A stretch of 64,000 nucleotides of DNA from Eledone cirrhosa (taxonomy: Eukaryota), in assembly GCA_964016885.1 (NCBI GenBank), contig OZ024745.1, positions 133,176,001 through 133,240,000 of the forward strand, in the 5' to 3' direction. The notes under the pieces are model-generated. The model was not told the origin of the DNA and did not search any database. It was given only the letters and a program-made list of their open reading frames with translations. Made by a program: the position numbers and the translations under genes. Of this stretch, positions 54,670 to 64,000 are shown one piece after another; within the stretch, counting starts at the first letter, position 1; each line of letters starts with the position of its first letter.

Positions 54670-54884
54670 TTTCAATCACAGATATTTTATATTTGTTTGA
54701 CCCGAATTACTTGATCGTTTTTTTGGCTGTGCGAATGATTGTTTAACCATCGTCTTAGTGTGTTTGGCCTTTACCGTTTGTTATAGCTCTGGTTCATCTG
54801 AATCATTGAGCACTTGCCACACATCTCGGAGGTTGTTTTTCGTTATTTCGTGGGCCGAAATACGATTATCGATAATTTATGTTT

Positions 54885-54915
<31 letters not shown>

Positions 54916-54916
54916 A

Positions 54917-54995
54917 CAAAGGAATTGTGGTAAGGAACCAGATAGACCATAACGCACCAGAGTACTCAATACTTAGGGTAGTAGAGTGGGAAATA
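54917..54995 (-). mobile_element. 'GAGCTC-loop' family tail fragment
   Basis: ggaattgtggtaaggaaccagatagaccataacgcaccagagtactcaatacttagggtagtagagtgggaaat. Confidence 0.85.
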
Positions 54996-55215
54996 TATAT
55001 ATATAAAAGTACAGCATATTCGAAGTTGAAGTAGCAGCTACGCCAAAGAATGCCTTCAGCAGTGCAGCCAAGCACTCGACAAGGTATAGATCTCAGAGTA
55101 ATAACATACAGTTTAAAGGGCTTTGCAAATTGAAAATAGCGACCAATAATTCAGCTGCGGGATCTGTAGCAACGAAAGAACTGACTAGTGAGAAAAAAAA
55201 AAATATATATATATA

Positions 55216-55903
55216 AGAATTTGGATATAATGCTCTGAAATAGCGATATATATGTGAAGATAGACATAGAATATTCGAAAATATTCTGTATGTTTATAAT
55301 AAACATTTCGAAGACCCAATCGCTATAGAATAGAATACGTCACGTATTACAATTTGAGATTCTCGATAAAAGCAAGGGAAGTAACCTACGCGTTTCATTC
55401 TTATTAGAAATCATCAGGATTACATATCCAGTGCTTTTATCGAGAATGACACAGCTAGAGACTTATAGAATACTTTTATCGAGAATCTCAAATTGTAATA
55501 CGTGACGTATTCTATTCTATAGCGATTGGGTCTTCGAAATGTTTATTATAAACATACAGAATATTTTCGAATATTCTATGTCTATCTTCACATATATATC
55601 GCTATTTCAGAGCATTATATCCAAATTCTAATTTCTGCCGGACCGGCAACCGCTCTTTCAAACCAGTTCCTGTACACAGCTAAGTATTCTATAAGTCTCT
55701 AGCTGTGTCATTCTCGATAAAAGCACTGGATTTGTAATCCTGATGATTTCTAATAAGAATGAAACGCGTAGGTTACTTCCCTTGCTTTTATCGAGAATCT
55801 CAAATTGTAATACGTGACGTATTCTATTCTATAGCGATTGGGTCTTCGAAATGTTTATTATAAACATACAGAATATTTTCGAATATTCTATGTCTATCTT
55901 CAT
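55216..55903. mobile_element. Retrozyme-like element: ~1.4 tandem copies of a 312-nt monomer plus an inverted partial copy
   Basis: cttttatcgagaatctcaaattg at 55473 and 55785 (312 nt apart). 55216-55472 is the reverse complement of part of the monomer. Near-identical copies, flanked by TA. Confidence 0.8.
55734..55776 (+). ncRNA. Type I hammerhead ribozyme (identical reverse copy at 55381-55423)
   Basis: GTAATC-CTGATGA-t-TTCT-aata-AGAA-t-GAAAC-GC-GTA^GGTTAC. Stem I is extended by an internal loop and a 15-bp helix, ttctcgataaaagca/tgcttttatcgagaa. Confidence 0.8.
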
Positions 55904-55948
55904 ATATATATATATATATGCGTGCGTGTGTGTACATACATGCATACA

Positions 55949-56065
<117 letters not shown>

Positions 56066-56072
56066 TATATAT

Positions 56073-56129
<57 letters not shown>

Positions 56130-56184
56130 CGTGTGTGGGTGTATATACATAGATACATATATATATATATATATATGTGTGTAT

Positions 56185-56251
<67 letters not shown>

Positions 56252-57239
56252 GTGTGTGTGTATATATATATATACACACATATATACTTACACCTGTGTG
56301 TCTTCTAGTGCGTGTGTCCATTCATGAGCGTGCGTGTCTAGATGCACACACCCATATCCATTTTCCATGTTACCAAAGATTAAAGGAAATGTTAATGGAA
56401 AGAAAGCAAAATAGTTATGAATACGAAATCGAAGTGCTGATGTTGGTATCGATATCAAGTAAATGTCGATTTCCTATATCCCGTTATAAATGGTCTAAAC
56501 ATTTGTTTGCCCAATGAAATCCCAATGTTAGCTGTAAGATAACTATCAAACTCAGATATTAGGAAACAATCAATAAAAAGGACCTCAGCACAGCAGAAAC
56601 AAATTGTGTCACTATTGGTTTTGAAAAATTGCACAGAAGTACTTAAAGAGGAATAAAAAACGGCAAAAACTAACAAAAAACAATTAGAAGTAGAGCCAGG
56701 GAATTTATGGATGTTTTACAGGACTATTGAACAAGAATAAGCTTTAGCTAAATCATATATACAACCCGGAGAAAATTCTAATGTGCGATTCACGAGAGCT
56801 TCACACATTTGTATTCTACACAAATAGTTGTGGCTAATAAAGATAGCGAAACAGTAATATTCTGTTTACAGATAATTCTGTAAATACAAATTACTAGTAT
56901 ATAAATGTTACATGGAGTTATGTTTCCATGGAAAACCATAAGAATTAGGAGCAATTGTATCGTTCTATCTCGCAGAATTATTGCCTGGTCTTGCCATAAA
57001 AACGTATATATGTTGAATGCAAGTAGTTTCCATAAGTATTGAAGACACTCATAGAAGGAAAGAAACATGAAATAATAAGTTTATAGATGAGAATATGACT
57101 TAAAATTGGCAATACTGTCACAAATGCAAAGTCCTGCATTTAGACATACACATTTCTATAAAACTAATCGCCACTTATCGTTCACAACAAAATTAACTTT
57201 TGTGACGAAACAAGGAGATTGTAAGAGATCACCTAATAT

Positions 57240-57284
<45 letters not shown>

Positions 57285-57341
57285 TCAAGTTTGCAATTTT
57301 CAACAGTTGAAAATTGAAAACTTGAGTGTCACCACACATTA

Positions 57342-57380
57342 TGAACCTGAAGATTGCGAAAGCATGAAAGTACTTGTACA
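57342..57380 (+). ncRNA. Minimal type I hammerhead
   Basis: TGAAC-CTGAAGA-t-TGC-GAAA-GCA-t-GAAAG-TA-CTT^GTACA. GNRA-capped stem II; palindromic AAGTACTT. Confidence 0.6.
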
Positions 57381-57421
57381 ATTAACACTTACATTTAATA
57401 TTCTACCATACTATTTCATTC

Positions 57422-57498
57422 TAATACCATTATAATTTTAAAGGATTGTAAATAAAACGAGTAAATCAGAAAAAGTTGGAATTCCTTTTATTAATATA
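57422..57498 (+). repeat. 77-bp direct repeat (second copy 59406-59482)
   Basis: taataccattataat.ttaaaggattgtaa.taaaacgagtaaatcaga.aaagttggaattcc.tttattaatata. Confidence 0.9.
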
Positions 57499-57601
57499 TT
57501 CTTCTATTAACAATCATACACACCCGTGTATATTTATTTATATATATGTATATATATATATATGGGGGGAGGGTATGTGTGTGTGTGTATATATATATAT
57601 A

Positions 57602-58495
57602 GGGCGGGTAAAATTCCCGAGATCCATGGATGTGTTCTCTCCAGCGGTCTCTGTCCCTCAATATCGCTGCCATGTCCTGCGTCTCCAAGAGACCAGTGTC
57701 TATCCTTAGGGCATCAATATATGTCAACCTCGGTCTCCCTCCTCATATGTCCATGCACGGGCTTCCATATGAGCACTGAGTGCAGTGTCAACTCTGGATG
57801 TCGGTGAGCATGTCCAGCTAATCTCAGTCTCCTCTGTGCTAGTCTCGAGCTGACTTTTGGGAGGCTCCAGTCCAGCTTTGAGTTCTTCATCCTCAATGTA
57901 TACTGATTAATCTTCAGAGCCATCCTCAGCAATCTCGTGTAGCACCCATCCACCATCTAAGTGAGTTTCTTGGTCAGTGTCCAAGTCTCAAACCCGTACA
58001 GCATCACAGACTCCACAACAGTAACGAAGAGACGGATCTTCAGGTCTTACGAAGGTCCGACTTCCACACCGATCTCAAACTGTGCCACACCGCCAAGGCT
58101 TTACTGTTCCTCTCGACCATATCATCTTCCGTATTCCCAATCTTTGCTCCCACATTAGTAATCTTTGCGCCTACATTAGTAATCTTCTTTGGCTTCTTAA
58201 TATTCTCTACCAGATATTTCGTCTTAATCTCATTCATTCTGAGCCTGATACTCATCGACACAGTCTCCACCTCCTGCATCAACTTCTCTGCCTCCTTCAC
58301 TGTGTTTGTCCCCAGAACTATGTCGTCGGTAAATTCAGCATCCGATATCTTTTTCGCCTTAACTCTCCTTCTCTGAGCCAGTGTTACAGTAAAGCCAGAG
58401 TCCTGGTCTTTCTCCAGCGCAAGGTGCATACAATAGTCAACTGCGATGATAAAAATGTAGGGAGCCAATATATCTCCCTGGAACACTCCAAAACG
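57602..58495 (-). mobile_element. RTE-clade LINE, 5'-truncated (RT to 3' end), inserted in (TA)n
   Basis: GVFQGDILAPYIFIIAVDY...EFTDDIVL; VVESVMLYGFETWTLT; DGCYTRLLRMAL; RRLRLAGHAHRH; DRDRWRE. The 3' end runs into (TA)n. Confidence 0.9.
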
Positions 58496-59082
58496 ATACT
58501 TGGCAATGAACGGAAATAAACGAAGATAATTCATCGTTATGTGGAGCGAGGAGACCAATTACAAAAGACAAAACCACGTTTATGGTATAAATGGAGTCAT
58601 TAGACTAATAATCTATTTAGGAATCCGAATAATTCTCGGCTTCGGAGTTAAGAATAATGTAAATAAATTTGTTGAACGAAAATAACAGAGGTTATTAAAA
58701 TCATACCAAAGTATCGTCTTCCTGTTTTCCTTCGGTTGCAACGTTTTTCGAAATATTTACTTCTGCGTTCACAGATTGATTTTTTTCTAGTTTCAGAAGA
58801 TCCTGTTAAGGGTCACATCAGCGATTCCCTGCTTAATCTTTAATCTGTTATTTTAATCTAGGGTTCTTATATATTCTATATACTTCTATCCTTTTCGAGC
58901 CCTCTTTGAATTTTAGTCTTCGCATTTATTATTATTACTATATATATAAATGTAATCTGAGTTTTTCGAATATTAATAATAATATTCGATTCGTTTGCAA
59001 ATATGCAAACATGCCTCATTTTTAAAGCCATGTCAGTAGAATGAGCCCCTTATTCTTGCTCTTGTGTTGGCATGTAAACAGA

Positions 59083-59128
59083 ACTGCAGACACTAATGTT
59101 TCTCGGAATTAATCTTCATCAGTACAGT
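59083..59128 (-). ncRNA. Type I hammerhead with extended stem I
   Basis: Minus strand: ACTGTA-CTGATGA-agattaattccga-GAAACA-ttag-TGTC^TGCAGT; outer helix gttggca/tgccaac. Sequence at 58945-59030 matches the reverse of 13657-13740. Confidence 0.65.
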
Positions 59129-59504
59129 CACTGTTCACCTGCCAACTCTCAGAGTTAGTGAAAATATCATCATCATCATTTTACGTCCGCTTTTCCTTGC
59201 TTGCATGGGTTGGACAAGTCCTATTCAGCACAGCATCTCTCCACTTGTCACGATTGTAAACACCTGACCATTTTACCGACTTTAACAGAACATGTTAATA
59301 CAGCCACTTAATGAAAATCCTTTGTTTGCTTAGAATAAATGAACCTTGAAAAGTAGGAGTGCCTGCGTTTGTATCATTCTGTATCAGTGTATTTTTCTCT
59401 AAGTATAATACCATTATAATGTTAAAGGATTGTAAGTAAAACGAGTAAATCAGACAAAGTTGGAATTCCCTTTATTAATATATATATATATATATACATA
59501 TAAG

Positions 59505-59591
<87 letters not shown>

Positions 59592-59592
<1 letters not shown>

Positions 59593-59783
59593 AACAAAGA
59601 ATTGTGGTAAGGAACCAGATGGAGCATAACGCACCATATACTTAGGGTAGTAGAGTGGGAAGTAGGAAAAAGTATGACCCCGACGGCAGAGCTCAAGCCG
59701 TTTCGACGGCTATTTCTGGACCAATTTAGTCTAGAAATAGCCGTCGAAACGGCTTGAGCTCTGCCATCGGGGTCATACTTTTT

Positions 59784-59787
<4 letters not shown>
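59592..59787. mobile_element. 'GAGCTC-loop' family copy with fold-back
   Basis: Tail plus hairpin ...gacggctatttctggac-caattta-gtctagaaatagccgtcGAAACGGC..., flanked by (TA)n. Confidence 0.85.
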
Positions 59788-59825
<38 letters not shown>

Positions 59826-62064
59826 CATACATATAAGTATATGTATATACACACATATATATATATACATATATGTATATGTATGTGCCTAATATATATA
59901 TCGTTAAATATATAATTAAATTGTAATATAGTTCAAATATTTAAAATAGATAATTATTATTAATAGGTTTTAATAGTCCATTTCATATGTGTAAATGGAA
60001 CGAACATCAGAATAAATTATGAAAGAATGTTAAGAGACTAATAATATAGTACCATGTATTTCCTTTTAATTTTGTCACAACTTTGCTTGAAATGATATTA
60101 TCCAACCAATTCTCAATGGTATTTACCGCAAGACGACACATTCCAGCACATGCTATCCAATAACAACCTGGAACGTACAACATGCATTTTTTTTTATTTT
60201 GCTGTTTATGTATTGAAATTATGTTGTTTTATGCTCGAGTCAATTTTACTGTTTGTGGAAATATTCACGTATAACTTCTTATTATATAAATTAGGATTGC
60301 ATTTGGATGACAACAATAAATGTAGATAACGCATATGATTAAACGGGTTTATAATGCTGTCAAACGAATGCTGATTCCATTCAGTTCTACATGATGATCA
60401 TCAAATCTAATTTACAATGAAACAGATATTTCAAGAAAAAGATAAATGCTGTACATAATGTCCCTTAAGTGCAAAATAAGTCATTTTATTTCATGCGTAC
60501 TTGGAAACAATTTATTTGAAGGCACGTTATAATGGGATATTGTGTTACAGTTGTTGATCAATTTTGTCCTTTATTTCGGGACACATGGGGATACAACGTT
60601 TAACGCAGAGTTAGAGCATGAATGATAAACAAGCTGTCTTATATTGACCAGCTGGCTTGAAAATAATTACAGCTGAATAAAGAGGCTGGATTGTGAAATA
60701 ATATAATATTATAGCCTTCGCTGTAAAGTCTGTGTAAGTTTTTGATGAGTTGAAACAAGAGTCCAATACAGTAATGCCATTAAGGTTTATGAAACCGACT
60801 CTGTTTTTAATATTCAAGGGAAAGTCGGTAACTCCATTGGTTCAAGTCTCAGCTGAATTGCAGTTTTGTCAAATTAATAATGTTAACATTCAGCTTAAAC
60901 GTTGAATATTATTTTTAAAAAGAACGGATTGTACAGACAGATGTGAGATGGCAGTTGGATCTTTGAAATCCTATTATTATTTCTGTATCAAATACAAATC
61001 GGAAAATAGTACGATGTTCGATTATATTAAATCAAATTATTGAATTTTCCACAGATCTCATATAAACTTGAAAAGTAACTGACGTACTCCTTCCCAATAT
61101 ATGCCTGACTGCTCAAGAGGGAAGTTAAATCTAACTCCAACATTATATGAACGAGAACATATATGTTATGTAACATTGTAAGACGATTCTATATTCAGGT
61201 TTGATGAAAATAAAGAAAAACATTTCGAGAAACAGTGTTATACAAGCTGTGAACCTTATTTGTACCTATTATAGACGTAGGATATAGTGGGAAACATTCT
61301 CACTTCACTAAATAATTTTACACTTAATAACTCGGCTTACGAGTTTTGAAAGTAGCACGAGTTCATTGGTTATTGTTACGATGTTGTATCTATGATTAAA
61401 TAAAACATCACAACGATTCTGTTCATGAGGAAATAATTGCCAGGAGGTTGAAACATATCACCATCGTAAGCAACAACGCAGTGAATTTTAAGGGAAATAT
61501 ATTAATTCGCTGAACTAAATATAGTGTTACTATATTCGGCTACTACAGGTGTACTAGTAATAATGTCGTAATATCCGGTATATAAAGCAAAGTAACACAT
61601 GCCAGTTACAGATTAATGACAATATCTATAATGCGCTTTCATTTCTAAAAATATTTGTCATCTAATTAGATGAATTGGTTGTTAGCGTAAACACTCATTT
61701 TCATATCCAAAACTTAACATGATATTCAATTGATAGTTCTGCATATTAATGTATTTTAATGTTCCTATGAAGTATAAAAAATGTATGTAATATATCAACT
61801 ACCACAATATACTTTATATTTCCCATCGCTATCGGGTGATAGCGATGGAAAATAAAATGTGAATCTGGTGCATTCGCATTATTAGTAGAGCGTCAAGCTA
61901 AACTAAACGAATTATTCACATATTAGCCGATAATACGTTGGCGACCTTTGAGATACGTTCACCTACATACTTACAGCATGATACGTTTTCTTAATCACTT
62001 CAACTACCGGAACCTTGAAACTCGGAATTACATTACATACATACAATATTACACCCGATTAATA

Positions 62065-63271
62065 AAATGATAGTCATCGAAACTCTCTGCACACAATAAA
62101 ACAGTGGCTCACAATGTGTTTGCTGTGCCTGTTCTAACACCAACTTTGGAATACTCGATTGTACGATAGACGAAATCTAAGCAATTGATGTTAAAACTCG
62201 AAAAATTCTTAACGACACCGGAAACTTCCAGATCAACAGTGACATAGACCACCCCTACTTGAAATGTAAGCAAGGAGGCAGAGGCCTAACATCAGTCCAG
62301 ACAGCATTGGAGTGTCGCATCATATCCCTCCGACATTTACGAACCTCTAAGCGTAGGGGCCCATCTATCGAGCAAGTCTATCTGCATGAGACAGATAAGA
62401 TTATGAGAGTTGGAAAGGAACTCCTTGAAAGATATTCCCTGTGTGATAATCAAAAGGTTACATTCAGGGATATTGCCCAGCAGTAACACAGTAAATCCAT
62501 GGATGAAGAAGTGCATGCTTATCAGCAAAAAATCATGCATGGATATGTTACAAGAAAGCCCCAGAGTGAGAGTAATATAGATAAGCAAAGTAGTCTATCT
62601 TGGACAAACAACCGCTATATTGGCTCCTACTTTGAAGGATACGCTTTTGTAATCGAAGAACTGGAAATCAACTCAAAATATCTGATTCACAAAAGGCAAA
62701 ACACCTAGAGCAAAACACCAGGCAAAACACCTAGATGTGACAAGTGCAGATTTTGAAGAATTAACATCGAAGATGTCACCCATGTCATGAGCAGCTGTCC
62801 AAAGATGTCATCGCGGTACTATCTACCTATGAGGCATAATGTAGTGGCCAATACACTGTACGATGCAATCCGTAGAAAAGATAGCCCCGACAATAAACAC
62901 ATTAAAAGCTACAGTAAAAACCCCAATAAAATGCAGGCATAACAGACCAGATATAATGATATGGGACAGGGAAAAGAAGGCATGCACAATAGTAGAAGTT
63001 AGCTGCCCAGCAGATGCCAATATAATATCAAAGATTAGCGAAAAGGAGAATATCTATGCAGAACTGATGAGAAAGCTGCAGATACTCCACCCTGACTATA
63101 CCTTTTGATTTATACTTGTGGTTATTGGAACACTGGGATAAGATAGTAACTGCCTCAATACAAATCTTGAGAAGCAAGGCTTCACAGGAACAGAGAGAAC
63201 ACAACTAGTTAGGGAATTACATTAATGGAACAGTAAAAATGAGTAAAACAATCCCAAAAGTCTGCATCTAA
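62065..63271 (+). mobile_element. R4/Dong-type non-LTR retrotransposon 3' part (RT end, CCHC, restriction-like endonuclease), pseudogenised
   Basis: LSAHNKTVAHNVFAVPVLTPT; IDVKTRKIL; KQGGRGL; CRF*..EDVTHVMSSCPKM..RYYLPMRHNVVA; HNRPDIMIWDREKKACTIVEVSCP..N...K..EK..IY; VVIGTLG. Confidence 0.9.
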
Positions 63272-63499
63272 TAACTGCATTATACACTTGGACAGATACA
63301 AAGCATATGCACATGCACACATACAACTCAAAGCATACACATCTACACATACAATAACATCCATATCTACACATACATTCATACAGAATCTACTTAGTTG
63401 ATGTGTAAATTCCAATGAGAGAATAGTGTGTCTATGTTAGAAACCAACTCTCTCTCTCTATTGGCAAAAATTTGTGAAATTATATAAGCAGAAGAACAT

Positions 63500-63823
63500 G
63501 GATACATATATACATACATTGATACATATATATATATATACATTCATACATATATACATACATTCATACATACATACATATTTACATACATTCATACATA
63601 CATTCATACATACATATATACATACATTCATACATATATACATACATTCATACACACATACCTACATACATACATTCATGCATACATACATACATATATA
63701 TATATATACATACGTTCATACATATATACATGCATACATGCATACATACATACATACATACATACATACATACATACATACATACATACATACATACATA
63801 CATACATACATACATACATACAT
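63500..63823. repeat. (TACA/TTCA)n tetranucleotide microsatellite
   Basis: Direct inspection. Confidence 0.9.
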
Positions 63824-64000
63824 AGAAGAATATGTACTTTCATGATTCCTCCTTACAAAGTTTAATCTCTAATATCCACATAAGCTTTCAAATTCTATAC
63901 ACTAATCCCCATAAGGACGTAATTTGAATGGATTAGAAGAGATTTTCTTAATACTGTAGTGCACTCACGATAATCGGTGTTACATTATAAATCGATATTA

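Noticed and set aside
60611-60817. 68-aa non-repetitive ORF on the minus strand
   Set aside because: No recognisable domain, an in-frame stop just upstream and no clear splice acceptor.

Overview
AT-rich eukaryotic intergenic or intronic DNA. The SINE core, R4/RTE/Penelope remnants and extreme (TA)n/(CA)n/(TACA)n load suggest a cephalopod, probably an octopus (inference). I found no convincing host protein-coding exon. Almost all listed ORFs are microsatellite read-throughs (YIYI, CVCV, poly-H) or decayed transposon fragments. Recognisable elements are RTE, R4/Dong-type and L1/Tx1-type LINE fragments, a rearranged Ty3/gypsy remnant, a maT/Tc1-mariner transposase fossil, non-autonomous Helitrons, a piggyBac-like MITE, about seven SINE copies and several Penelope-like element (PLE) fragments. 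The main signal is a dense population of type I hammerhead ribozyme (HHR) motifs: about 20 by eye, on both strands, from several sequence families. They mostly sit in short non-coding modules inserted into (TA)n tracts, often as fold-back inverted repeats. They include a ~312-318 nt tandem monomer resembling a non-LTR retrozyme, HHRs with long branched stem II inserts, and CCGANGA core variants. All structures were paired by eye and none has been computed or tested.
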